From Octopus sinensis (lineage: Eukaryota), in assembly GCF_006345805.1 (NCBI RefSeq), contig NC_042997.1, positions 118,482,001 to 118,546,000 on the forward strand: DNA of 64,000 nucleotides. Reading direction: 5' to 3'. Under the pieces are notes generated by a model. The model saw only the letters and a program-made list of their open reading frames with translations. It searched no databases and had not been told where the DNA came from. Shown in pieces: positions 25,321-38,516 of the stretch (position 1 is the stretch's first letter; every line of letters begins with the position of its first letter). The position numbers and the translations under genes are program-made.

Positions 25321-25629
25321 CACACATTTATGTATACATATGTATGTTCGTGTGTAGAATGGAAAATACATTCCATGTCCACATATATTCATTTGCAAAT
25401 GTTTTGTGCAAGAAGTAGGCGTAAGTTTTGACACCACGCAAGTTATATATCCTCTGGAGTATCTATTGATGGTTGGTCGTAGTAATGGGACTAAGAATCT
25501 CGCTTTGTAAACGCATATTTTCAGGTACAGTTCCACAGCGCGGCTGTTTTAGACGGAGATTGTATGGAAACCCGTCGTACGTATGTATGTATGCATGTAT
25601 GTATGTATATAGGTACGCATGTATGTATG

Positions 25630-25663
<34 letters not shown>

Positions 25664-26172
25664 TGTATGTATGTATGTATGTATGCATGCATGCATGTAT
25701 GTATGTATGTATGTATGTCATTATTCAGTTTATTTCAATATTTCTTGCCTATTGAGAAAGAACAGGTTTCTAAACTAGATCCAAGCCTCCTTCATTGGAG
25801 TTTCAACATCAACAACAGGTTATCTGTGTGTGTATGTATGTGCAGCGACTTCATCGATTCCAAGGGATATCTGAAGAAGGAATTTTTTTATTCCGAAATA
25901 TCATATCAGATTATGGATGATTAAATTACAACATCGTTTGTATTATAGTGCATTGTTGTGTCATTCAAAGCATTTTATTCTTTATAAAAAATACATAATG
26001 CTTCAAGCGAACTACAATGCTCTCCTATCTTAAATGATAAACTTCTGTAAAGTTTTACAGATCTTTACAGTTCCAGTGATGGGTTGTATCTGTAGTCTTC
26101 TAATTAGCTTTCTCCTTTCTGGTATTGAGAAGCCTAATTTCCCAAGATTAGTGTGTACGTATGTATGTGTGC

Positions 26173-26260
<88 letters not shown>

Positions 26261-26377
26261 CCATGCCTATTTCATCGGGTCAGTGTGTGTACATATATAT
26301 ATACCTACACTGGACCGCTGAAATCTATAAGATTTTTTAAATTCTCACTCATTTAATTTTCTCTCATTCCTTTGTAT

Positions 26378-26406
26378 TGGAGAGCGTAAGCTCGAAACGT
26401 AAAAGC
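26378..26406 (+). other. Degenerate minimal hammerhead-like motif in a short repeat
   Basis: GAGC-GTAA-GCTC-GAAA-CG-TA-AAAG is intact, but the CUGANGA half is not recognisable (TATTGGA). Confidence 0.3.
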
Positions 26407-27364
26407 CTTTTTCATTTTCCTGAACGTCAAACTAAATCACTTGCTTACTGTTTAAACACTTGTCTTCGTCTTTTGTTTATCTATAAATTTCAACTATATG
26501 CGTGTGTGTATGTATGTGCATGTGAACAAAAATGCGCGCGCGCGCGAGCGTCTATTTGTCTTTAAAAATTACCCCATCACCGCTTAACAACCGGCTATGT
26601 CCTGTTTACGCTCGTATGAAATAGCGGTTTGAAAATAGAAACCGATAGAATATGTAACGGACTTTTAAAAACATAAGCATTGGAGTTGACTATTTTGACT
26701 AAAACCCTGCAACATCGTGCCCATACGTGGTCGCAGTCCAATGACTGAACCATGCAGCAGATAAAGTGGTTAAATTTTCATCGATCATTTGTTATTCTAA
26801 GATGATGTTAAAGTATGACTGAAATGTTTAAAAAAGGCCTACGCAGTGAAACACTCAATATGTAGGATACATGTTTTATCTTTTCATCAATTGGTTTTCG
26901 GAAATAATTACAGATCATAAGATGACTCATATATAATATATTTTCGCTGCTCTTACATATAAACTAGTTCAGGAATACAATGTGTATTCACATTTCGGAT
27001 ATGAGTTCTGCAATTTTTAAGTTAAAAAATGCGAGGCGGCCATTATCTATCGAAATAACTGAAATGAAAGAAAATGATAAAGTGATTTGGAACAATTTGA
27101 ATACGCCATAACACATCACTATACTGCTGAAACCATTATTCTGAAATACTGGTCGCTCGACCCCCTAAAATAAGTGGATGTGTTTCCCTCAATTTCCACT
27201 CCGCAAAATTAGATAAGGACGTTCCAGATACCTTACGTCCAAGATAGAATTCGCTAAATTTGAATATATGCCCTATTGAACTAATTTGATCCTTGTTCAT
27301 CTTTGTCATGCTATTACAAAAACTTCAAACATAATTTAAAGATGCGAATACTGAATACAATACC

Positions 27365-27464
27365 ATATAATATAATATAATATAATATAATATAATATAA
27401 TATAATATAATATAATATAATATGATATAATATGATATGATATAATATGATATAAAATAATATA
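27365..27464. repeat. (ATATA)n pentanucleotide repeat
   Basis: Direct reading. Confidence 0.95.
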
Positions 27465-27605
27465 ACGTATGGTCTATTTGTGGTTTAGCAGTGAGCTTTT
27501 AACCCACAAATAAATATTTGTACAGCAAATACATTGTTCGATACTATTGTGTGCATGCGTATGTATGTATGTATTATGCATGTATGAACATATGTATATG
27601 TATGT

Positions 27606-27640
<35 letters not shown>

Positions 27641-27959
27641 CAGAGAGAGAGAGAGAGGGGAGTGAGAGCGTGAGAGAGGGAGAAGTGTAAATGGATTCAA
27701 GTTAATTATAGGACAGCCAGTCACACAATAGAATTCTATATTTCTGAGATGAGGAATTTATATAATAGGTATTAATCGTTGTGGTGTGCTGAGTTTGTTT
27801 TCACTACGTTCCGGCTTTTTTACACTTCAACTTACTTCAAGTGACTTGTGTTTCTCTGTAGTGCCTTGCCTGGGAGTGAACTTAGAATCTCTAGGTAAAG
27901 AAAGCTGGAACTTACATTGCCAATACGAAGGGAAAGCAAAAGTTAAGACGAGGTCACCT

Positions 27960-28035
27960 CTCAGACTAATATGCATTCTCAGATTAATATGCAGTGGCAG
28001 ACTAATATGCAGTCTCAGGCTAACATGTAGTCTCA
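27960..28035. repeat. 18-bp minisatellite, about 4.2 units (CTCAGACTAATATGCAGT)
   Basis: Units start at 27960, 27978, 27996 and 28014. Confidence 0.85.
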
Positions 28036-28049
28036 CAATGTCTAAAGTA

Positions 28050-28530
28050 GTGTAATATTGGTTTCAAATTTTGGCACCTGGCCAGCCGTGTTGGAGGGAA
28101 TGGTAAATCAATTAGATCGCCTCTTTAATACTGATTGCATGATGACTTTCAAGTCAAAGCAAATTGAAAAGTGAAATCATAAACATACAAGACAACAGTA
28201 ATAGCTTTTATAATATTATTTTATTTCAACTCCACTTGTTGAAATGAAGCGATTATTACACGTTTAGTAACTTTCAAAAAATTAGTTTGATGTGAAGAGT
28301 TAAAATGTAGATCGTTAGGCTGAATGGTAAGTTGGGGCAATTTTGGCTTCTAGATATATGTGGCACAATTTCGTCTAAAATCTTTCCTCAACTTGTACTT
28401 ATTTTTATCGACCCCGAGATGAAAGAAAAGTCAATCGTAGCAGAATTTTTAACTTAGATTGTAAAGACGGACGAAATGCTGCTAAGCAACTTACCCGGAA
28501 TGCTAACGATTCTACAGGCTTGCCGGCTTA
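28050..28530 (-). mobile_element. Old SINE family C copy interrupted by the ~250-bp repeat at 28138-28389
   Basis: Tail-like sequence at 28050-28137; core ..GTACTTATTTTTATCGACCCCG..GAAAAGTC resumes at 28390. Confidence 0.55.
28138..28389 (+). repeat. Unclassified ~250-bp interspersed repeat, copy 1
   Basis: Aligns by eye over its whole length to the reverse complement of 29396-29649. Contains hairpin ATTTCAAC-TCCACTT-GTTGAAAT. Confidence 0.8.
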
Positions 28531-29395
28531 ACGAGTGTGCAATATTAGGAGTCCAGAAACAATACCGTTTTGCTCAGGACTAATGTTTTGGTGAAAGTTT
28601 ATTTAAAATATTTTGTGTGGCAGTTTTTCATGTTTGATCAGAGGTGCTAGCTGTTAGAGTTAGAGTAAGCTGGCTGAGGTTACACCTGTTGAGTATTCGC
28701 TGCTAATGTGTATAGGAAAATTATTCTGCATTTGCAAGTTCATTTTATATGTTGATTCTGAATCAAATTATAATGTCTGAAGTAAATGGACTCTAAATAT
28801 ATTGCATAAAATTGCATAACTTTATTATGTAGACTGCGCATAACGAATGAGCTTGATTCCGTTTATATTCCGTTTACACCAGCGCTGATAAATATTTGCA
28901 GGAAAGAAATGAAGAAGACGACTCCATAGTGTTAACGCTATAAGGAGGCAGGGATCGCGATATTGGTTTGTGCGGGGTCAAGGAGATAGGACGATCAAAC
29001 TGAAATTAACTAGTGATGGAGGGACTATGGTTCGGGTTCTTTGAGTGGAGGAGAAACGATCATCTTCGAAAAATAAAAGGCGTTATAATAGCAATTATTT
29101 TTAGCAAATAATAAAATTAAGCTTAGAAAAACAGGGCGGTGACTATATTTTTTGTAGTGGCTTCAAATAAATCATCGTTTTATATTTTATGAAAAACAAA
29201 GTGAGATTTCTATTACTTGGTACAAAATATTATTTTTAATTTTTCGCAGGTGCTATATATTAAGCAGAGAATTTTTCAGTTTCGTAACGGAGGAACAACA
29301 AAACGTAACAGCGCCTCATAAACTGTCGCAATATAACTTATACGAATAATTTATTTAAATAAAGTGCGAATAGACACAATATTTCTTTCCCCGAC

Positions 29396-29649
29396 GAGGA
29401 ATGCTGGTAGACGAGATGGTGCCACATATATCTAGAAGCCAAAATTGCTCCAACTCACTATTCAGCATAATGGTCTATATTTTTTAACTCTTTATCTCAT
29501 ACTAATTTTGTGAAAGTCATTAAACGTGTAATGATCGCTTCATTTCAACAAGTGGAGTTGAAATAAAATAACGATATAAAAGCTGTTACCGTTGTCTTGC
29601 ATGTTTATGATTTCATTTTTCAATTTTCTTTGGTTTGAAAGTTATCATG
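29396..29649 (-). repeat. Unclassified ~250-bp interspersed repeat, copy 2 (inverted)
   Basis: For example GTGCCACATATATCTAGAAGCCAAAATTG matches the reverse complement of CAATTTTGGCTTCTAGATATATGTGGCAC in copy 1. Confidence 0.8.
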
Positions 29650-30755
29650 GTGTTGGAAAGTAGCATGTTTCTATTTTTAACGGAAAGTAGCATGTTTCTA
29701 TTTTTAATATACTTAATTAAACCCTTTCCAAAAGAAATTACTGAAAATCTAACGCGCATCCATCATATATTTCTGTAAACAACAATAAGAAAGGAAACTT
29801 TCTAATTTTAAGAAAATAAACAAAGAAATATAATATGCAATTAAATTAAGTACAGGATCAATTATAAACACTATTTTGGCCCAATTCCTATATTTTCACT
29901 TAGAATAGTGTTTCTGAAATAATCAACTTAATGATAAGAATGCTATATTTGTTTATATTGTTTAAGAAAATATTCAATACCTTACTAGAAACGCATAGAG
30001 CACGAGTACGGTAATTATATAACGTAAAACTATAGATATATCCTTAAGTATTGCATGAAATAATTTCATTTCAATAAACCACGATGGAGAATTTTATCAA
30101 CTAGCACTGCTTTTGTATATTTATTTCTGCGTAAAAGTATGTGTTGAGATAATTCTTGAGAAGAAGAAATAGATAAGATAAATAAAGATAAGTCAAAGAA
30201 AGTAATCAGATTGATGAGGTAAGTTACTATTTCAAAATCTCGGATATTTCAGCAAAGAAGATGCTATTATTTGCCTTGTAACAGTTACTAGTATAGAGAG
30301 AATAAATAGTAAAGCTACAGTGTTATCCTAACAATTCACATTTAGAATATAAAGAGTGGAAGAAAGTACATTTTAAATAAAAGTCAGTTTATATATCGTT
30401 TTTGTATTTGGCTAGCAAGATTCTTTATGTGAATTCATGTGTTGAAGTATATTTTATTGTCTGAGGAGTGTCATTCTGTTTTCAAGCCTTATTACTTAAC
30501 ACCCTCAGGGATCAATTTCCACTCATTTATCTTTATTTTTCTAAAATTTCGTTGCTTCTTGCAACCTCTTCAATAATCGTTGATTCTGCTGTCCGATATT
30601 GGAGTTGCGTTCTTTTTGCTTGTTTGTTTGTGCACGTGTATGTGCGTCAGTATGCATGTGTATAAACATATATATGTATGTATGTATGTATGTATAAATA
30701 TATATATATACATATATATATATGTATGTATGCAAGTGTATATATATACATATAT

Positions 30756-30808
<53 letters not shown>

Positions 30809-30810
<2 letters not shown>

Positions 30811-30923
30811 AAAGAAAGAAGGAGGATTTAACGTTTCGAGCGGAGCTCTTCGTCAGAAACATAAGAAAAGGAAAAATACAAGGAAGGGAAGACGGAGGAA
30901 AAAATCGCCAACGATACACACGG
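30809..30923 (-). mobile_element. 115-bp (TA)n-flanked mini-element with a minimal hammerhead motif
   Basis: Minus strand GUUU-CUGACGA-A-GAGC-UCC-GCUC-GAAA-CG-UU-AAAU, with palindromic ACGU helix III as in PLE minimal hammerheads. Confidence 0.65.
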
Positions 30924-31016
<93 letters not shown>

Positions 31017-31249
31017 GTATGCATGTGTGTACGTTTGTATGCATTTATTCTGCATATTCATGTGTTTTCATGTGTCTGTGCATTGTATCTGTGTGTATGT
31101 GTGTATCTGCGTGTACCTCTATTTCCTTGTGTGTGTGTGTGTGTGAAGTGTACATGTGTGCGTATGGTCAGGTGTTTCAGTCTTCTGTGTATGTATGTAC
31201 GTATGGGCGTATGTGTTTGTCACCAAGGAAAATTTGGGACTAGAAAGGA

Positions 31250-31490
31250 CATACCAGATTGCAAGATTCAGCCGAAGTCATAGACTTAGTTGGGATTTAT
31301 TTACTACTACAACTCCATGAAGAACTCCCAGAATTTGAAGGCGGTCTCTATAGCGAAGATGCTCTTTTTGTTGTTAGAAAAGCCCCCAACAGGAAAATCG
31401 AAATATATCAGAAGAGATTACATGAAATTTTCAAAAGCCATGGACTTACCATCCCCATTGAGCAGGACCACACTTCTGAACTGTGCATGT
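31250..31490 (+). mobile_element. Penelope-like RT fragment (different lineage from 13700-14878)
   Basis: DSAEVIDLVGIYLL..GGLYSEDALFV..KRLHEIFKSHGLTIPIE, like the GAEVCELVGLY / GLYRDDGL / FKxxGLxITIE motifs. Confidence 0.75.
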
Positions 31491-31662
31491 TTATGGCATA
31501 TTTATACCTATAACGATATTTTTCAACTACAATTTTCATATTCTTATTACTTGCTCTGGCTGTTTTTTATGAATATGATGAATCTTTATCAGAAATCATT
31601 CTTTCTCTCTTTTTGGACCTCTCAAAAAGTATTTGAATCATTCATTTTTGAAATTATTTTCC

Positions 31663-31734
<72 letters not shown>

Positions 31735-32500
31735 CATATATATATATACATATATTTTTTAATAATATATATTATTATTATTAATAGCTTCATGGCTATT
31801 TAAAATAGAATTTAATTTTGTATTATGAACTATATTTAGATTACCGGATAATATAATTAATTTTATAGACAAATATTATAGATTGCTACAGAAGAATTAC
31901 CAAGACAAAAGTGTCATAGATTGCTACAGAGGAATTACCAAGAAGACATATGAATTTCAAGATTCTCAAACTAAAGTATATACACTTTTCACATTTCTAA
32001 ACTAGCTACATGAACTATACTGGAATGCAAGATAATATGACGGAATTTGAGCATGAATACTATGGATTATTGCAGTAGAATAAGCAAGGAAATATATATG
32101 GATTTAAAGACTCTCATCAAAAGTAGTAATCTTTAATTTTTTAATTTACATTTCAAACGAACACTTTTTTACAAACATCATTTTACAAACACCATTTTAT
32201 AATTTTACTTCAATTTAAAAAAAAATATCATTCGATATATTATACAATATTCATATCTTATATATCTGAAGAGCAGAAGGGTTGTCTATAAGTGCTTATC
32301 AATATAAGATTTCATTATCGGGACAACACTTCTGCGAAACGATCGTAAGATGCTTAAAAAAATAATTCAAAACTTTTAAACTATCAAATTTATTTTATAC
32401 ATTATATTTATATTTTTATATTTATTTATATATATTTTTAATACATAAGGTCTTTCACACGGGTATACATTTATGAAGTATTCGATATTGATTTCCTGAT

Positions 32501-32552
<52 letters not shown>

Positions 32553-33062
32553 TATTATTAAAAAATATATGTATATATCGCTCGTATTAGATATATAAAT
32601 ACTTTATCAGTATTAATATTTTTATATAATGGAGCACTTAATATAAGTTCAGTATATAATATTCTTATTGAATATATTTACCTAATGATTTATATATATA
32701 TATATATATATATTATTATTATTATTATATGTAGAAAAATACAAACTGGGACAAGAACGCAAAACACTTAGAAGACGATACAAAAAACACAGACGGGACA
32801 TTCGAAGCCCTCAATCTTCAGTCAAGAACCGGATCATCGTAGCAATTTCGGCTGATTAATCTTGAGATCGCTCCGATCCGGCCAGCCCCCAGGAAAACTA
32901 AGCTACGAGCATTAGAAAAACTAAGCTACGAGCATTAGATTTCTTGGAAGAAGGATCGAATGTATACGAAATAGGGACAGAAAAACGGACGATGCCACAC
33001 GAATAAAAAATACAAAAAACAATAATGAAATACAAAAAATGCATACATTGGTAAATGGATAT

Positions 33063-33481
33063 ACTCTTTACTCTCTTTTACTCTTTTACTTGTTTCAGTC
33101 AGTTGACTGCGACCATGCTGGAGCACCGCCTTTAGTTGAGCAACTCGACCCCAGGACTTATTCTTTGTAAGCCCAGTACTTATTCTATCGGTCTCTTTTG
33201 CCGAACCGCTAAGCGACGAGGACATAAACACGCCAGCATCGGTTGTCAAGCAATGCTAGGGGGACAAACACGGACACACAAACACATACACGCACACACA
33301 TATATACATATACATATATACGACGGGCTTCTTTCAGTTTCCGTCTACCAAATCCAGTCAGAAGGCTTTGGTCGGCCCGAGGCTATAGTAGAAGACCCTT
33401 GCCCAAGATGCCACGCAGTGGGACTGAACCCGGAACCATGTGGTTGGTAAGCAAGCTACTTACCACACAGCCACTCCTGCG
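33063..33481 (-). mobile_element. Full-length SINE family A
   Basis: Head, core, internal CA/TA tract and tail all match 41594-41980. Confidence 0.92.
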
Positions 33482-35238
33482 GATATGTAAGTAAACGGAT
33501 AAAAAATTTTTAGATAGTTACATAGGTAATACGAACAGACATGCATCCACACACATACATACATACGCAAATGAAGACTGAAGCACATGGCCATAAACAC
33601 AAACGCACACTTCACACACAATGACACATACGGAGAGACACACCCATTCATAACAGACGCATGTACATAGTCATTTTATATTATTACTTAAGAAATCTTA
33701 GAATTTGACATCAAATAGATCGGCCCAGGAAGAAATCTGAACAGGGATACCTAAAAGAAAAATTACTAATCATACAAGGAACAATGATGTCCGACAATGA
33801 AAATTTATTTATACGATTAGCTGAATCACCTGTTCCTGAATTAACGTATAAATATGATCCATCTTCTCATAAATAGTTCCATGCTTAACGTAATTCACAA
33901 ATACTCAGAGCCGTTATGACAAGTCTCTATCTTTTACAATTCACCCAACTGCTATACGCTTTCCTTTTAACTAGTTCCCCTAAGAAGGTATGAATCAACT
34001 CGATGTTGTAGAAACATAGCATTTGTACAAGACGCCACACAATGAGTTTGAACACGGGATATGATGGTTATCAAATGGACATTTTAAATATTTTGTGCCT
34101 ACTATATCAGAAATATTCACCGACTTAAATAAATTATTCAGTGAATAGGGGACGTTATAGCATAAGAAACGCAGAAATTAATATTCATGGGCTATACGTG
34201 AATATAGAGTTAAGCCATAGTTAATAGTGTCTTTTAAGTATATACACATCACTTAATTGAGGTATGATGCTAAATGACATGACCTGCAATACATATATAC
34301 AGTACGAGGACTGAGCATGTATTTCGCAAAGAAATAATTTTAATGTCGTGAAATTAAGAATTGTTCAAAGTCGGAGTGACTTTTTTTTATGTTAACCGCA
34401 TGACATAATCGCTAAATGTTTCGTAGAGAATAATGTTCATACGAAGAGTTTATTCCTGGAACCCACATATATGTAACGAGTTAAGTTCCTCTCTGGTAAA
34501 TTTCAAACAGTTTGCAGCTTTATATTTCCCTCTGATTCTATCACCAACATTAAACTTTACAGATAACGAAATATTGATACAAGTGCATTTAATATAACTA
34601 CTTTACGTTAATGTTAATAGCGTGTGAACTGTAACCAATTTTGCTTGTACATCAGCTCTGAAGCAGTTAAGACAGCTGCGATTTAGAGTTGGTCATTAAA
34701 CATTTCAGCTACTCCTTACTTCATTATACTAATGTATTACATCATTACATTCTTATATCAAATAAATTTCTCTCGAACTTTTTGATTAAAGTGTCAATTT
34801 TATTTGCAATATTATGTTAAGTAAGTTTATATGTTTATGAATTTGCATGTTATGCCATAAGATAGCATTTGGTGTTTGTATGGACTGCTCTGTGTGTTCT
34901 CCCACAACCAATCTTAATGCAAACTGATTGATATTTGGTTAAATATTAATAAATTGGAAATGGGAAATCTAATACAATTCTCTCTAAATGTATACATGTT
35001 AATAGATATATCCATGGACACACGAAACATAAAAATTTTGCATGTAATAATATACATGAGTTATGATAGAAGATGTTCACTTTGCAGTGAAATGATTTCG
35101 CATTAGATTTCACTTTACGTCCTTATGCGAAAGTGTCTCATATTATAGCTTCGTGCTGCTGACCAACGCCATGTCTGCAAAGTCCATTAGAGGGGAAATT
35201 TACTGAAGCTCGTCATATATATATATACACACACACAC

Positions 35239-35269
<31 letters not shown>

Positions 35270-36349
35270 TGCGATGGATAAGTGTTCATCTCATTACAGC
35301 AGTATATTACGTAACTTTTAATAGAAGACTGAGAATGTTACATCATTATAAAAGACCGTAATCATCAGATGAGAAAAGTAATTTTACAAAACGAAGAAAT
35401 CACAGGAATGCAACAGAGAGGTGTCTGTCGAGGCCGAGCCATGAAATGGGAAATAACAAAACACAATGCTAGCCGTTACAAATATAGTTCTTGAGAGTGT
35501 GTAATATATCAAAGGTCAGTACCTGGGGAGACAAGTAGTCTGTTAGACTCGAGAAGTAGTCTGTTAGACTCATGGGAAAACTTGAGTGGGTTTTTAAGAA
35601 AATAATTTATTATAGTAGGGTAAGAGCAGTGGTGATTATGAGAGGTCATAAAAAACGATTAAGGGTAGAGTGGGTTCGAACTGGGATCGGGGTATAGGAA
35701 TCCCTATCTAATGCTAAAAGACCAAAGGAGTGAGATAGAGAAAACACATAAAATTTAGGGGTATACAGAGAATATTGATGGACAAAATAGGTGCTGGGTG
35801 AACGAGTGCGGCAATCAAGCGTAAAGGAATTAGGTTATTGTAAGGTAGGATGTTAAATATCAGCATCGAGTTTAAAAGTTTAAAGAATTTAAATTTAAAA
35901 TTAAAGCAGTCACATAATATGAACGACACCTAGTACGGAATTAGAGGGCATATCAGATCGGATATCTGGGAAAGAAAGCCATCGGGAGTAATCAAGTGAT
36001 TAACTATGGAATGTTAAAGTGGTGGCGATGATATTGTATTGACTTGCTTCATTTCATTCACTCTAAGATGATCATACCATCCAGAATTTTGATATCATCA
36101 CCAAACATTTAACATTTCCGGGGATGCATTTAATATGCACATTGGTATATCCATATACACTCATTACACATTTTTGTCTCTGGTCTCATTATTTATTTAC
36201 ATATGCCGTTGCTAAATGAAACATAGTAGCAAAAAAGTCAGTGCTGGCTCTAATTTCTGTAGAAATAACCTTCACAACATTACACACACATATATACATA
36301 CATATATATATACACACACACATATATACATATACATATATATATATAT

Positions 36350-37232
36350 AATTTCAACAATTGAGGGTAAAATTAATTAATTAATCAATTTCACCAAGTA
36401 TTCAGTATGCAAAGGGACCATTTAAGGCGAATTCAAATTATTACATTATATAAAAGGGCTTAGTAAAATAAATTACTTTGCCGCATACTGAACTCATTAG
36501 AAATAGCAGCTAAAAAAAACTTTTTTTAAAACTATTTCCAATACTTAAAGAAAACCTCTCTCATATAGTGTTTGCTCAATTCAACTCACGCAAATATGGG
36601 GGTAGAGACATTAAAAAATCAAGTGCAAAGGTTATTTGAGAACGTACGTTTCAAGATTAGTCAAAATCCGACATTTCTATCAACAGCTCAGAACTCCCTG
36701 GTTTGGATTTGAAAACACTGAAAGTAGGAGCATACCCTTTCGGCTTCCTCTCGCTTCTGAAGATCTGTTCGTAACTAACAGTGCCAACAAACTCAAAAAT
36801 GCAAGCGAAGAATTTCTGCTCTCCCCTTTCCACCAGCGTGGGCTAAAATCAGTAAACACTATGCTTTTTTCGGTAAAATCCGCGGCATTATATAGAGAGA
36901 GATGAATTATAATTTCAACAATTGAGGGTAAAATTAATTAATTAATCAATTTCACCAAGTATTCAGTATGCAAAGGGACCATTTAAGGCGAATTCAAATT
37001 ATTACATTATATAAAAGGGCTTAGTAAAATAAATTACTTTGCCGCATACTGAACTCATTAGAAATAGCAGCTAAAAAAACTTTTTTTAAAACTATTTCCA
37101 ATACTTAAAGAAAACCTCTCTCATATAGTGTTTGCTCAATTCAACTCACGCAAATATGGGGGTAGAGACATTAAAAAATCAAGTGCAAAGGTTATTTGAG
37201 AACGTACGTTTCAAGATTAGTCAAAATCCGAC
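36350..37232 (-). mobile_element. Second retrozyme-like / pseudo-LTR element: ~1.6 tandem units of 560 nt
   Basis: 36350-36673 and 36911-37232 look identical by eye except one A in a homopolymer. (TA)n flanks; hammerhead-like motif at the same relative position as in 241-1096. Confidence 0.75.
36630..36697 (-). ncRNA. Variant type I hammerhead-like motif (CUGUUGA core)
   Basis: UGAG-CUGUUGA-U-AGA-AAU-GUC-GGAUUUU-GAC-UAA-UCU-U-GAAA-CGUACG-UU-CUCA. Stems I-III pair, but A6 is U and the base of stem II is a U.U mismatch. Confidence 0.5.
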
Positions 37233-37297
37233 AATATATATATATATATATATATACATACACACACATATCTCTTTCTCTCTCTCTCTCTCTCTCT

Positions 37298-37361
<64 letters not shown>

Positions 37362-37423
37362 CTCTACCCCTGGTATTTGAGTACTCTTTTTTGCACCTTG
37401 TTTCACATTTATGTGTTTACTCC

Positions 37424-37500
<77 letters not shown>

Positions 37501-38015
37501 ATATATATATGTATATATAGGTTAGCAGTAAGTAGTGCGTTCCGTTACGTGAATAACATTTTCAGAAGTCAAATAGGTATAGTAATAAACAAACGGACGG
37601 AAAAACATACTACATGCCCTGAATGCACAGACTAACGGAGAACAATCACAGAAGGTCAGCAGTTCCTCATCAGATATCGGCCAAAATGCCGTGCTACTAT
37701 TTCGTGCTACTATCAACTATATTGCATCCTCTCTGGAGGCATCCTGCAAGGAAACTTGTAGGGAATGCGACCAAAACTTAACAAAACCAGACAAACAAAG
37801 AGGAACGAGGGAATAAAAATATGAATACAAAGAAAAAGAATAATACATACACTCTGACACACACACACACACATGGATATATAATTATATGTGTATGTGT
37901 GTATGTGTGTAGTCCTACGTATGAACCCGGAGTCACATAAAAGGGCAGCAGTTTAAGGCAGCATTGTCGACACAAAATTGAATATACTTATAAGAATTTA
38001 TTTTACGTTTTCTAT

Positions 38016-38172
38016 CAGGAGCGGACTGAAAGTATTAAGGGCCCTCAGGCATAACAGTTACCGGGCCCCTTTGAATGTGTGTTTTAGTAGATTTAACATG
38101 TAGAGTGCAGGCCACTAAAAGCTCCAGGCCATCTGGCGGTGCCCGAATGACCGACGGCTCAGTCCGCCCCTG
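38016..38172. mobile_element. 157-bp hAT-like MITE
   Basis: TIRs CAGGAGCGGACTGA / TCAGTCCGCCCCTG (13 of 14 match). 8-bp flanks TTTTCTAT / TTTCGTAT (6 of 8) are consistent with a decayed hAT TSD. Confidence 0.7.
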
Positions 38173-38468
38173 TTTCGTATTGAAATCCATACTTTGTTGT
38201 AATTATTATTTATATCCCAAATGTCAATAAACTAAGAATCATTCAACTACTGGAAACGATGTAGACGTAGACACGCTTGAGGACACTGACAGACAACGGT
38301 CTCAGCGGTCAACGATTGAAACCAGTATTATAATAAGAAAATGAAAGTTGTATTACAGTTTTTTGCCTTCTCATTCCTCTGCTCTCTCTAGCTCTCTTAT
38401 TCTTTATAGATATCCGTGTGTGCGCGTGCGCGCGAGTGTGTGTGCGTGCGCGCGAGTGTGTGTGTGCG

Positions 38469-38516
<48 letters not shown>

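Noticed and set aside
28138-29649. Single 1.5-kb DNA transposon with 250-bp TIRs
   Set aside because: The interrupted SINE C resumes at 28390, inside the supposed element, so the left arm inserted alone.
31742-32578. 28-bp perfect inverted repeat (31742-31769 / 32551-32578)
   Set aside because: Almost entirely A/T, lying at TA-to-AAT microsatellite junctions; too low-complexity to support TIRs.
32795-32830. Hammerhead on the minus strand (CUGAAGA..GAAU-GUC)
   Set aside because: Core mismatch and no helix I or III pairing.
37640-37690. Hammerhead on the minus strand (CUGAUGA-GGAAC..GUUC)
   Set aside because: No GAAA and no helix I complementarity.
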